NCBI GenBank assembly: GCA_025435355.1
Contig: JANJFQ010000001.1
Location: forward strand, 1-61,394
Direction of reading: 5' to 3'
DNA from: Candidatus Methanophagales archaeon
GTDB lineage: Archaea > Halobacteriota > Syntropharchaeia > Alkanophagales > Methanospirareceae
DNA: 61,394 nt
Under the pieces are notes generated by a model, which was not told the origin of the DNA, searched no databases, and worked only from the letters and a program-made list of their open reading frames with translations. Below are positions 1 to 10,044 of this stretch, piece by piece. Each line of letters begins with the position of its first letter. Position 1 is the first letter of the stretch. Made by a program: the position numbers and the translations under genes.

Positions 1-558
1 GTGGTGGACGGCATTGAATTGGGCTCCATTGAATATGGCGTAGAGCACTGCCACACGCCTGTGCTGGTGGTGCTTGGACATTCGAGTTGCGGCGCGGTTA
101 CCGCGGCTGTTGGAGGCGGTGTCGAAGGAAATATTGGGACCATCATGGCTGAAATCGAGCCCGCACTGGAAACCGCGAAAGAAACCAACAAAACCGGCAC
201 GGAACTGATAGAAGAAACGGTGAATGAAAACGTGAAGTTGGTCATCCAAAACATACTGAATAGAAGCCAGGTTACGAAAGAGCTTGTTGAAAACGGAAAG
301 CTGGAGATAGTGGGCGCCAAATACTTCCTCGATACTGGAGAAGTAGAAGTAATAGAAGTAGTAGATGCTACTTCGCTTGCCGAAGTTACAACGCCAGCAC
401 CTGAGGAAACGCCAGTAGCGACGCCAACGGCAACACCAACGGCTGAAGAACCAACACCAACACCAACACCGACGCAAGCACCAGGCTTTGGGGCTGTCCT
501 CGCCATGGCAGGAATCCTTGTAGTTGCATATTTTGTATTGCTGCGAAGAAGAATGTGA
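1..558 (+). CDS. Beta-class carbonic anhydrase, C-terminal part (5'-truncated by window edge), with Pro/Thr linker and PGF-CTERM anchor
   Basis: GSIEYGV...VVLGHSSCGAV beta-CA Zn-ligand HxxC motif; ENV motif; PT-rich linker; C-terminal APGF + hydrophobic helix + RRR. Confidence 0.88.
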   Translation: MVDGIELGSIEYGVEHCHTPVLVVLGHSSCGAVTAAVGGGVEGNIGTIMAEIEPALETAKETNKTGTELIEETVNENVKLVIQNILNRSQVTKELVENGKLEIVGAKYFLDTGEVEVIEVVDATSLAEVTTPAPEETPVATPTATPTAEEPTPTPTPTQAPGFGAVLAMAGILVVAYFVLLRRRM

Positions 559-720
559 AACGAAAAAATTAGATTAGGGGATTTATTTTTTATTCCTCTT
601 ATTTTATTTTTTTCGCTTTAAGCAAAAATCGAAAAATTTTTATAACTCCCTTATGCAAAGTGATATGGGTGCCATAAAACGGTACAAAGTAAAGGCGAAA
701 AATAGGGGGTATGTAATAAA

Positions 721-1119
721 ATGGAACTAAACTTGGAAGAAGCAAAGAGGGTTGTAGAGGCGGCAGAAGCAAAAGCGGGAGCGATAGGTGTGCCGATGAA
801 CATTGCAGTTGTGGATGTAGGTGGGAACTTAGTGGCTTTTGAAAGGATGGACAATGCATGGTTAGGGAGCATAAACATAGCCATGAACAAGGCATTTACT
901 GCTGTTGCGTTCAACATGACGACTGAAGATCTGGGTAAAGCGTCACAGCCTGAAAAATCGCTATTTGGCATACATGCGACGAACATGGGTAGATTGGTAA
1001 TATTCGGAGGAGGAATTCCACTGAGGAAAGGTGGTGAGCTTGTAGGTGCAATTGGTGTCAGCGGAGGAGCTGTACCTCAGGATATAGAAGTTGCAGAGGC
1101 TGGCGTAAAGGCATTTTAA
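721..1119 (+). CDS. GlcG/HbpS family heme-binding protein (DUF336)
   Basis: IAVVDxGGxLVAFERMD, KAFTA and GGGIPL...GAIGVSGG motifs. Confidence 0.9.
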   Translation: MELNLEEAKRVVEAAEAKAGAIGVPMNIAVVDVGGNLVAFERMDNAWLGSINIAMNKAFTAVAFNMTTEDLGKASQPEKSLFGIHATNMGRLVIFGGGIPLRKGGELVGAIGVSGGAVPQDIEVAEAGVKAF

Positions 1120-1180
1120 TAGATAAAATATACTCAGCTTCTCCCTTTTTATTTTTTGAATAAATTCCGGAGAAAAGTTT

Positions 1181-1939
1181 ATGGAAACGGAACGAATTCT
1201 TCTAAAGAAGTGTTTGGCAGAGTTGATAGGGACGTTCATCCTCGTGTATATAGGAGCAGGCGCAGCTGCTATCACTATTCTACTTGCAAAAGGAGAGACA
1301 TGGCAATCCGATTTTCTTTGTAAAGGAATAGGTGCTCTCGGCGGTCTTGCCGATTGGCTCTCAATAGGAATCGCTTTTGCTATTGCAGTAGCCGCATCAA
1401 TTTACATCTTTGGGCATATATCAGGATGTCATATCAACCCCGCGGTGACACTAGCTTTATGGGCAGTAAAGAGATTTCCGGGGAAAGAGGTTATTCCTTA
1501 TATTATTTCCCAGTTGATAGGTGCTGCTCTGGCAAGCATTTTATTCGTTATAATAGTGGGTAAACGTGCAGCAACAGATGGATGTTGCGGTGCCACTGCA
1601 TTATTTCCCGGTATCAGCTATGCGCAGGGGATTTTAAATGAGGCAGTGATTACGTTTTTTTTGATGCTCACTATCATGGCATTGGCAGTTGATGAAAGGA
1701 CACCAAAGCAGTTCGCTGGCTTAATCATTGGTCTGGTAGTAGGCGGGGGCATAATCACTACGGGTAACATTACCGGGGCGTCATTTAATCCTGCAAGAAC
1801 ATTTGGACCTTATGTCGGAAACACTTTGTTTGGAGGACCAAATCTTTGGGCTCAGTTCCCAATATATATCATAGGTCCCGTAATTGGAGCGATTATTGCG
1901 GCTTTCTTATATACTTACATAGCTGGACTTAAAACGTAA
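1181..1939 (+). CDS. aqpM: MIP family channel, archaeal aquaporin AqpM type
   Basis: AELIGTF, SGCHINPAVT and SFNPART: two NPA motifs, six hydrophobic helices. Confidence 0.92.
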   Translation: METERILLKKCLAELIGTFILVYIGAGAAAITILLAKGETWQSDFLCKGIGALGGLADWLSIGIAFAIAVAASIYIFGHISGCHINPAVTLALWAVKRFPGKEVIPYIISQLIGAALASILFVIIVGKRAATDGCCGATALFPGISYAQGILNEAVITFFLMLTIMALAVDERTPKQFAGLIIGLVVGGGIITTGNITGASFNPARTFGPYVGNTLFGGPNLWAQFPIYIIGPVIGAIIAAFLYTYIAGLKT

Positions 1940-2072
1940 ATCTCTGAAGAAAGAGAGTATGCCATCGATGCTGTTTGCGTTTTTAAATTATTTGTCAGTA
2001 GTTGCGTATGTTGCTATCCTAAATTTCTTTCAGAAACGGGGGCGTTCGGAAGTACTGATAAAAAAGAAGGGG

Positions 2073-2994
2073 TTATAACCCCAGTTCCTTCAACTTCTCT
2101 TCCGTAGGATGCCCGTTTTCATCGTAACCCCGCTTCTCATAATACACCGTGAGCATCTTCTCTAAGGGATGCACCTTCCCCTTTGCGGGTCCTTCCGGCA
2201 TCGGCTCCTTTAGCAGTCTCTCAGGCAGCGTGTCATCCTTCCTCCCGAACCCCTCTCGCTTGTTAAACATCCTTTCCAGTGCGAATATCCGCTCACCAGT
2301 CTTTAAAAACTCTTTCTCTCCATAAACCATCCCAGCCCGCTGCACCTGCAATCATGTCCGCATACTCCTCTGCACCCACGGCAAAAGTCAGGAATATGCA
2401 ATTAACCGCGGAATCAATCGCAGCATAGAAGTCCTGGAACAATATCGTCAAGTCCACCCTTTCTTCACTCGCATCAAATGGATCAACCTTCAGCGGCGAC
2501 CTGACTGCCTCAACTGCAATCGTATATCCGCTGACATGACAGCCTCCCCGGTTCGCAGTTGCGAAAATCAATCCTATGCCCATTGCTCCCCTTGGGTCGT
2601 ATGCAGGAAGCTCAAGCCCTTTCACCTGCATCGTATAATAATCTGCGCCTTTTCCTATCTTCTCTGCTGCTTTCCTCGTCCCATCCGCTAAGACATCGCC
2701 AAAACCTTCTCGCTTCGCTATCAGTTCTGTCATACTTACCATCGCTTTATCATCACCGAATTTTAGTTTGAAACCAACATCCTTCTTGGAAATTATCCCT
2801 TTTTCGAAAAGTTCCATCGCAAATCCTATGGTATTGCCCACGGAAATCGTGTCCAGTCCATATTCGTTACATATATAGTTCACTTTCGCAAGCGCACCCA
2901 AATCACTCACGCCGCACTGACCACCGAATGCCCAGCTCGTCTCATATTCGAGATTCTCTCCTTCTATTCCTTTATACTTCCCTTTATCTACAAT
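2073..2994 (-). pseudogene. Tungsten aldehyde:ferredoxin oxidoreductase (AOR family) remnant: N-terminal half missing, frameshift near 2325
   Basis: Frame upstream of ORF 2293..2910 reads ...ENLEYETSWAFG (EYET motif) back to a stop at 2995-2997; GLDTIS, ELPAYDPRG and RGGCH motifs; C-terminus (GERIFALERMFN...YYEKRGYD..G.P) lies in a different frame. Confidence 0.88.
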
Positions 2995-3102
2995 TCACGT
3001 GTAAATAACGCATTGTCAGAGCCATATGAGAAAACAAGTTTCAGCTTAAAGCCATCCCAATATCACACTTTATATACCTGTGTTATATAAAATGGTTGTG
3101 AT

Positions 3103-3675
3103 ATGAAAATGAATGTGAAACTATTCCCGGTAGCGGTAACGGCACTCGTGATGCTTTCGGCTTTCGCCGGTGCCTGTATGCAAAACGTATTTGCCTATAA
3201 TCACGCATCAGGTAATGCAACGCATAGTATAGCAATCGTTCCTAATCCCAACCAAATAACCCATGTGAACATCGTTGTTGAAGAGACAAAACGAATGATT
3301 GAATCCAAATCCGAAGATGTCACTTTACTGGATGTGAGAACAGCGGATGAGTATCACACAGCGCATATAGAGGACGCAACATTGATTCCAGTCGCAGAGT
3401 TAAGTAATCGAACGGAGGAGTTGAACAAGAGCAAGAAAATCATTGTTTATTGTCGAAGTGGTAAGCGGAGTGTTACAGCCAGCGGTATTCTTATAGAGCA
3501 TGGGTTCGACAGGGTTTACAACGTGCTTGGTGGAATAAACGCATGGGAAGAAAGTGGTTATGCCGTTGTTCCTTCCACAACTCCTGAACAGCCAGGATTC
3601 GAATCAGTTCTTGCAATTGCTGGTTTGCTTGCCGTTGCCTGTTGGATAAGGTGCAAGAAGGTATCGTTTAAGTGA
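3103..3675 (+). CDS. Secreted rhodanese-domain protein with PGF-CTERM anchor
   Basis: N-terminal signal peptide; LLDVR, active-site loop CRSGKRS, GGINAW; C-terminal QPGF + TM helix + basic residues. Confidence 0.88.
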   Translation: MKMNVKLFPVAVTALVMLSAFAGACMQNVFAYNHASGNATHSIAIVPNPNQITHVNIVVEETKRMIESKSEDVTLLDVRTADEYHTAHIEDATLIPVAELSNRTEELNKSKKIIVYCRSGKRSVTASGILIEHGFDRVYNVLGGINAWEESGYAVVPSTTPEQPGFESVLAIAGLLAVACWIRCKKVSFK

Positions 3676-3787
3676 CCCGGGAAATGTAAGGACAAAATCG
3701 TATGCACGTAAATTATTGACATAGCTTTTCATATCCTTTTTATATAAACAGTAACAAGTATATATAACTAAAATAGGTGGTGATAAT

Positions 3788-4051
3788 ATGCAGGAAAAGG
3801 TAAACGAGGTTATAGAAAAGGAGATAAGACCGCTTTTGGCGATGGACGGCGGCAGTATCGAACTAGTAAGCGTGGAGAACGGCGTGGTGAAAGTGAGGTT
3901 GAGTGGTGCATGTGCGGGATGTCCGATGAGTCAATACACACTGGTGAACTTCGTTGAAGCGACGTTGAAGGAAAAGGTCCCTGAGGTGAAGGAAGTAATT
4001 GCGGTTGATGACTTCAAGGACCGGTTTGGACCAGGGCGGAGTTGCTATTAA
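3788..4051 (+). CDS. NifU C-terminal-domain (Nfu-type) Fe-S carrier
   Basis: IRPLLAMDGG and LSGACAGCPMS CxxC motif. Confidence 0.92.
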   Translation: MQEKVNEVIEKEIRPLLAMDGGSIELVSVENGVVKVRLSGACAGCPMSQYTLVNFVEATLKEKVPEVKEVIAVDDFKDRFGPGRSCY

Positions 4052-4055
4052 ATTG

Positions 4056-4796
4056 GTGGATGAGGATGTTTCTCTAAGTGAATCCGAATTGAGGAGATAC
4101 GAGAGACAGATACGGCTATTTGGAGAGGAAGGGCAGAAGAGTCTTAAAAAGACGAAAGTTACAATTGCTGGCGCTGGTGGACTCGGTTCTGTCTCAGCAG
4201 CATATTTAACGGTTGCAGGAGTTGGAAGGATAAGAGTCGTGGATAATGATGTAGTAGAATTGAGCAATTTAAATCGTCAGATATTGCATTGGGAAAAGGA
4301 TATAGGACGGAGGAAAGCGGAATCGTTTGAGGGAAAACTCTCGCAGATGAATCCGGAGGTGGAAGTGGCGGTACTGAACGAGAAGATAGTAGAGGATAAT
4401 GTTGCTGAGATTGTTTGCGATTCTGATTTGATAGTGGATGCGATGGACAACTTTCAAACGAGATACTTGCTGAACAGGGTTGCTTTAGAGAAGAATATGC
4501 TTTTTTTTCATGGAGGCGTGTATGGATTTGAGGGTCAGGTGACAACGATAATTCCGGGTGAGACAGCTTGTTTAAGGTGCATATTCCCTGAAGCACCTGC
4601 TCCAGAAACTTTTCCCGTAATAGGCGCTACGTGTGGTGTGATAGGTGGTATTCAAGCAACAGAAGTGGTGAAATATATTGTGGGTGTGGGGGAGCTGCTA
4701 ACAAACAGGCTTTTGGTATGGGATGGATTGGATGCGAGGATAGAGGAGTTTGCAGTTGAGAGGAACCCGGCGTGTGTGGAGTGCGGTGATTTTTAG
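4056..4796 (+). CDS. ThiF/MoeB/HesA (E1-like) adenylyltransferase
   Basis: RYERQI, GAGGLGS, SNLNRQ, CLRC and C-terminal CVECG Zn motifs; start moved to GTG 4056 to avoid the overlap with Nfu. Confidence 0.92.
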   Translation: MDEDVSLSESELRRYERQIRLFGEEGQKSLKKTKVTIAGAGGLGSVSAAYLTVAGVGRIRVVDNDVVELSNLNRQILHWEKDIGRRKAESFEGKLSQMNPEVEVAVLNEKIVEDNVAEIVCDSDLIVDAMDNFQTRYLLNRVALEKNMLFFHGGVYGFEGQVTTIIPGETACLRCIFPEAPAPETFPVIGATCGVIGGIQATEVVKYIVGVGELLTNRLLVWDGLDARIEEFAVERNPACVECGDF

Positions 4797-4832
4797 TATT
4801 TATAAGTCCACAGGATATTAGCGATTATAGGG

Positions 4833-6311
4833 GTGCCATACGCGATGATAAGCCCTGTGATTAAAATTGCTCCTTCAAGATTTCCAAATGAGATATGCGA
4901 GATTGAGGTTAAAAGGGACGTTTCTAAATGCATAAACTGTGGCACATGCGCTAAGGTATGCCCTTTCGGAGTTCATGAAAGAAAAACGGGTTATAATAGG
5001 ATTTCTAAGCCTTTAAGTCACCTCTGTATGGGCACTTCATGTGAAGATAAACCTTTTTACTGCGTCAATCGCTGCCCCCGAAAAGCGCTTTCCCTGGTCA
5101 TAAGCCCTGAATACAGAACTATTGGGGATTATCGCTGGACTCGTGACCTTATAATCGGAACATGGTGGCATGCAGAAACAGGAATACCGCTTAATGGGAG
5201 AAGATACGAAATTGGGAACTCCGGGGGTGGTTTTGACCGCATAATCTTAAATTTCCCGAAGGATGGCGTAAAAGACGATATTGAAGATGAAGATATAAGC
5301 ACTGAGATAGACCTCAATAAGAGGGGTGATGGGAAGAAAATCAATATTAAAGTACCGTTCTACGGCGGTGGGATGTCTTTTGGCTCTGTCAGTCTATCAG
5401 TAATGCTTGCAAAAGCAAAAGCAGCGAGAGCATGGAGCACATTTACCTGCACGGGTGAGGGTGGCTACCCGGAAGAATTAAAAGAATACGATGATAACGT
5501 GATTACACAGGTTGCAACCGGGTTATTTGGTGTGATGGAAGACACCATTCAACGTGTAAAGATTGTTGAATTAAAATATGCACAGGGTGCAAAGCCGGGT
5601 CTTGGTGGGCATTTACTGAGCGATAAAGTAACAACAGAAGTTGCACGTATGCGAGAAGCTGTTTCAGGGAGTAGCTTGTTTTCTCCTTTCCCATTTCATA
5701 GCGTCTATTCGGTGGAAGACCATAAAAAACATGTAGATTGGATAAAAGAGATAAATCCTGATGCCATTGTCTCTGTAAAGGTTTCAACGCCCACGGATGT
5801 AGATATGGTGGCAGTGGGGAGCTATTACGCGGGTGCAAATATTCTTCATCTTGATGGTAGTTACGGTGGCACGGGAGCGGCACCCGATATTGCGAAGAAG
5901 AATATCGCAATGCCTGTCGAATATGCGATACCGAAGGTGCATGAGTTTCTTAAAGAGGAGGGCATACGAGATAAGATGACGGTTATCGCAAGCGGTGGTA
6001 TAAGAACAGCTTATGATGCGGCAAAAGCGATTGCTCTGGGTGCCGATGGCGTTGTTATCGGCACAGCCGAGCTCGTTGCACTGGGATGTGTCCGGTGCGG
6101 TAACTGTGAGTCCGGGAGGGGATGCTCGCGTGGAATTACAACAACCGACCCGGAACTTTCCAAAGCCGTTGATACCGAATGGGGTGCTCAACGCCTGATT
6201 AATCTATATGCTTCGTGGAGAAGCGAGATTGTTGGTATCCTTAAAAGGCTCGAAATGAAGAGTATAAAGGAATTGGTAGGGAGATACGATTGTTTGTATT
6301 ATCTGGAATGA
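4833..6311 (+). CDS. Glutamate synthase FMN-binding subunit (GltB2-type) with N-terminal ferredoxin domain
   Basis: CINCGTCAKVCP; MSFGS, TGEGG, QVATGLFG, AQGAKPGLGGHL, GGTGAA; C-terminal CVRCGNC...C cluster. Confidence 0.92.
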   Translation: MPYAMISPVIKIAPSRFPNEICEIEVKRDVSKCINCGTCAKVCPFGVHERKTGYNRISKPLSHLCMGTSCEDKPFYCVNRCPRKALSLVISPEYRTIGDYRWTRDLIIGTWWHAETGIPLNGRRYEIGNSGGGFDRIILNFPKDGVKDDIEDEDISTEIDLNKRGDGKKINIKVPFYGGGMSFGSVSLSVMLAKAKAARAWSTFTCTGEGGYPEELKEYDDNVITQVATGLFGVMEDTIQRVKIVELKYAQGAKPGLGGHLLSDKVTTEVARMREAVSGSSLFSPFPFHSVYSVEDHKKHVDWIKEINPDAIVSVKVSTPTDVDMVAVGSYYAGANILHLDGSYGGTGAAPDIAKKNIAMPVEYAIPKVHEFLKEEGIRDKMTVIASGGIRTAYDAAKAIALGADGVVIGTAELVALGCVRCGNCESGRGCSRGITTTDPELSKAVDTEWGAQRLINLYASWRSEIVGILKRLEMKSIKELVGRYDCLYYLE

Positions 6312-6362
6312 AATTCATATTTTAAACTATAAAAATAATAAGAACAAGAAGGAAACGAAGTC

Positions 6363-8909
6363 ATGAAGCTATACAAATCCGAGGCGGAAGGTGGATGTGG
6401 TGTCGTCGGTTTCGCATCCACGATTCCAATCAGGGGTAAGCACATATTTGAACCCGCTATACAGATGCATAACCGTGGTAACGGAAAGGGAGGCGGTATT
6501 GCCGCAGTTGGTCTCTCTCACGAAGACCTCGGAGTTACAGAATCAATACTTAAAAACGATTATTTGCTACTGATAGCATTACTCAACCCGGAAGCCCGCA
6601 GCGAGATAGAAAAGGCGTTCATAACGCCTTTGATGAACGTTGATAAGTCAGAAAGGATACCAACCGTTTCGGATTATCGCAAGATAAAGGGGTTAGAGAC
6701 AAAACCACCGGATGTATGGCGCTATTTTGTCCGTGTTAAAGAGGATGTGCTTGATAGGTTCATAATGGGAAATAAATTAGAGGATAGAGACCGAAGAAGA
6801 GCAGAAGACGAGTTCATCTATCAAAACAGTTTCAAAATCAATACGAAGTTCTACGCTTCGCTCGGCGAAAAGAGTGCGTTTGTGCTCTCTCATGGCAGGA
6901 ATATGATGATATTGAAGATAGTTGGCTATGCAGAGGACATTGTAAGATACTATGGGCTTGAGGATTTCAGAGCTCATGTCTGGATAGCGCATCAGCGTTA
7001 TCCCACAAAGGGTAGGGTCTGGCATCCGGGCGGTGCACACCCATTCATGGGCATGCATGAAGCTCTCGTTCACAATGGTGATTTCGCTAACTATCATTCC
7101 GTGGTGGAATATCTTGAACAGCGTGGCAGACATCCTCTATTCTTGACCGATACAGAGGTTTCCGTTCTGCTATTTGACCTGTTAAACCGGCAGTATAACT
7201 ATCCGCTGGAGTATATTATAGAGGCAATGGCGCCAACGACCGAGCTTGACTTTGATATGCTACCCGCAGAAAAGCAGAAGATATACCACGCTATACAGAC
7301 TACGCATATACATGGTTCACCTGACGGACCCTGGTTTTTTATAATTGCGAGAACCGAGCCTTACGAGAACTATTTCCAGTTGATTGGGATAACGGATACC
7401 GCTATGCTGAGACCGCAGGTATTTGCACTTGTAGATGGAGAAGATGTCCCGATAGGGCTCATCGCTTCGGAAAAGCAAGCGATAGATGCAACACTTAAGA
7501 GTTTATCTGAGGAGGATAAGAGAGTTCCTTCTGTCGCGGATAAGTACTGGAATGCACGTGGCGGAAGCTATACCGACGGCGGTGCTTTTATATTCACAAT
7601 AAAGGGTGCTGAGAAGAAAACTCTCGTATGCACCAATAAGTTCGGCGAAGTTATAAAAACACCCGAATATCAGACGCACTGCGATTTCACAAAACCTGTC
7701 ACGACACTCCAGAATTGCGATAGGCAAGGAGAAAAGATAAAGGCAGAATTGAAAAGTCCGCTAAACGTATTCGAGTTCTTGAGAAGAGGCGTTAAGGATT
7801 GGGATTGTAACAAACTACGATGGACTGTATCCGAGCTTACAAAGTATGCAAATGAAGATGAGCGGAGCAAGGCGATTGTGGTAGAGGGTTTAACGCTCCT
7901 TAACGACCGCAGGTATGACACAGGTACTAAAAAGAGGAGTTCGGTAGCCCAGATTGTAAAAGAAGCACTTCACATGATATTTGATGAGACACTGGCGATA
8001 GAGGCAAAAAGCGCGGGTATCTATCATTTGATTTGCTGGTCGAATAAGGACCGTTTTAGACCGCCGGAGAGAGAAGACGATATTTTGATAGTAAATGCGG
8101 CGAAATTTCCACCCGAAGGAGAAGAGAGTGATGCGAGGCTTATTGTAAAGGCTTATGAAATGTGCTGGAAGAGGTTTATTGTATATAACGCACATGGGCA
8201 GCGTTTTTGCGGCTCAGGATTAGGTCCTGATACAACAGGTGTGCGGATTGATGTTTATGATAGCCCCGGGGATTATCTCGGCTCATCTATGGATGGTGCG
8301 GAACTTTACGTACACGGAAATGGGCAGGACCAGCTCGGGCAGATATTGAAGAATGGAAAACTCGTTGTCTTCGGTGATGTCGGACAGACGTTCATGTATG
8401 GGGCAAAAGGAGGAGAAGCATACGTGTCGGGAAATGCGGCTGGCAGACCACTTATAAACGCAGTGGGAAAGCCTCGCGTGGTGATAAATGGGACATGTCT
8501 TGATTATTTAGCGGAATCCTTCATGGCTGGTGAACCTCTAAATGGCGGCGGCTTTGTAGTGGTGAATGGGCTCGAACCCGATGAGAAAGGTAATTTTATA
8601 GAACAGGATACGCCATATCCGGGTTCAAACTTGTTTTCACTTGCTTCCGGCGGTGCGATTTATATAAGAGACCCGCATTGTAAGCTGATAGAGGAGCAAT
8701 TAAACGGTGGTGAATTCTCAATCCTTACGGCAGAAGATTGGGCGCTTATTTTACCTTATTTAAAAGAAAACGAGAGGTTTTTTGGTATATCCGTCGAAAA
8801 TGACCTTCTGGTTGTAAATGGCGATAAGAAAACACCGCAAGAGGTGTATAGAAAGGTTAAGCCGGTAAAGACTTCTGTTCTTGTGGAGTGTCATGATGCG
8901 GATGAATAA
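6363..8909 (+). CDS. Glutamate synthase amidotransferase domain fused to GXGXG (GltB3-type) domain
   Basis: Ntn Cys after a short leader (GGCGVVG), HQRYPT, AHPF, HNGDFAN, TDTEV; C-terminal GQRFCGSG/PGDYLG/YGAKGG/LASGGAIY repeats. Confidence 0.88.
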   Translation: MKLYKSEAEGGCGVVGFASTIPIRGKHIFEPAIQMHNRGNGKGGGIAAVGLSHEDLGVTESILKNDYLLLIALLNPEARSEIEKAFITPLMNVDKSERIPTVSDYRKIKGLETKPPDVWRYFVRVKEDVLDRFIMGNKLEDRDRRRAEDEFIYQNSFKINTKFYASLGEKSAFVLSHGRNMMILKIVGYAEDIVRYYGLEDFRAHVWIAHQRYPTKGRVWHPGGAHPFMGMHEALVHNGDFANYHSVVEYLEQRGRHPLFLTDTEVSVLLFDLLNRQYNYPLEYIIEAMAPTTELDFDMLPAEKQKIYHAIQTTHIHGSPDGPWFFIIARTEPYENYFQLIGITDTAMLRPQVFALVDGEDVPIGLIASEKQAIDATLKSLSEEDKRVPSVADKYWNARGGSYTDGGAFIFTIKGAEKKTLVCTNKFGEVIKTPEYQTHCDFTKPVTTLQNCDRQGEKIKAELKSPLNVFEFLRRGVKDWDCNKLRWTVSELTKYANEDERSKAIVVEGLTLLNDRRYDTGTKKRSSVAQIVKEALHMIFDETLAIEAKSAGIYHLICWSNKDRFRPPEREDDILIVNAAKFPPEGEESDARLIVKAYEMCWKRFIVYNAHGQRFCGSGLGPDTTGVRIDVYDSPGDYLGSSMDGAELYVHGNGQDQLGQILKNGKLVVFGDVGQTFMYGAKGGEAYVSGNAAGRPLINAVGKPRVVINGTCLDYLAESFMAGEPLNGGGFVVVNGLEPDEKGNFIEQDTPYPGSNLFSLASGGAIYIRDPHCKLIEEQLNGGEFSILTAEDWALILPYLKENERFFGISVENDLLVVNGDKKTPQEVYRKVKPVKTSVLVECHDADE

Positions 8910-8965
8910 ATAGCACCAAAAAATTTGTAAGATACTTTTTATTTTATTTTAAGAGATGATGTAAT

Positions 8966-9196
8966 ATGGAAGAAGGAATAAGTTTTGAGGAAGCGATGAA
9001 GAGGTTAGAGAGGATAGTGGAAATGCTGGGTGAAGGGAATCTTTCTCTGGAAGAATCACTGAAGATATTTGAGGAGGGTATGGGACTGTGCAAGTTTTGC
9101 AATAAGAAGTTAGACGAGGCAGAATATAAAGTGGAGAAGTTGATGGAGAATGAAGGAGGGGGGATAAGCGTGGAGGAATTCGAGGTGAAGGAGTGA
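8966..9196 (+). CDS. xseB: Exodeoxyribonuclease VII small subunit
   Basis: SFEEAMKRLERIV..L..G.LSLEESLKIFEEG..L...C...LDEAE signature. Confidence 0.92.
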   Translation: MEEGISFEEAMKRLERIVEMLGEGNLSLEESLKIFEEGMGLCKFCNKKLDEAEYKVEKLMENEGGGISVEEFEVKE

Positions 9197-10035
9197 ATAT
9201 GGAAGCTAAGGATGACTTAGAAAGAGCATTGTATTATGCAAAAGAGTTTCGTGACAAAGTGTTTGTGATAAAATTCAGTGGTGAAGTATTGGCAGATGAA
9301 GGCATAATGGACTCAGTAATTTCTGATTTAATCACGTTAAAATACGATGCCGGCATAAACGTAGTCGTCGTGCATGGAGGAAGTAAGAGAATATCTTCTA
9401 TGATGGATAAATTTGGTTTGAAGGCGAGATTTATTGACGGATTAAGAGTTACAGATGAAGATGCGCTTGAGGTTGTCCAGGCAGTCCTATCTGATTTTAA
9501 TCAAAGGATAGTTTGGAATATAAATCAAAGAGGGGGTAAAGCAGTTGGCATTTCTGCCGTTTCTGGCAATTTATTTGCAGCCAGAAAAATACACCCTGAT
9601 TTAGGATTGGTTGGAAGCATTGAAGAGGTTGATGATGAACTTGTTACGTTATTTACACGAAATGGATATATACCCATAATCTATCCAATAGGCTCAGACG
9701 GAGAAGGAAATCTGCTTAACATCAATGCAGACCATGGTGCGAGCGAGCTGGCATGCAGTCTAAATGCGGAGAAACTCATCATTTTAACACCTGTGAAGGG
9801 TGTGCTACGTAATCGCAACGATGAAAACACTCTGATACCGGCACTGACGTTATCAGAGGCAAAAAGCATTCAGGAAGAGAGTTTCATAACCGCGGGTATG
9901 AAGCCGAAGATAGAATCCTGCGTAACTGCGGTAGAGTATGGTGTTAAATGCGCACATATTATTGGGTTGAAAAACCACGCGATATTACAAGAGATATTTA
10001 CCGAAAAAGGCTCTGGAACGATGATAACGAGGTGA
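9193..10035 (+). CDS. argB: Acetylglutamate kinase
   Basis: VIKFSG, VVHGG, GLRVTD, NINAD, GMKPKI, EIFTEKGSGT. Confidence 0.9.
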   Translation: MNMEAKDDLERALYYAKEFRDKVFVIKFSGEVLADEGIMDSVISDLITLKYDAGINVVVVHGGSKRISSMMDKFGLKARFIDGLRVTDEDALEVVQAVLSDFNQRIVWNINQRGGKAVGISAVSGNLFAARKIHPDLGLVGSIEEVDDELVTLFTRNGYIPIIYPIGSDGEGNLLNINADHGASELACSLNAEKLIILTPVKGVLRNRNDENTLIPALTLSEAKSIQEESFITAGMKPKIESCVTAVEYGVKCAHIIGLKNHAILQEIFTEKGSGTMITR

Positions 10036-10044
10036 ATCGAATAT

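Noticed and set aside
2281..2351. Programmed frameshift or selenocysteine readthrough in AOR
   Set aside because: The gene also lacks its N-half; the downstream part is in another frame, so TGA readthrough would not restore it.
4797..4845. NrpR operator upstream of glutamate synthase
   Set aside because: No GGAA-N6-TTCC site found.
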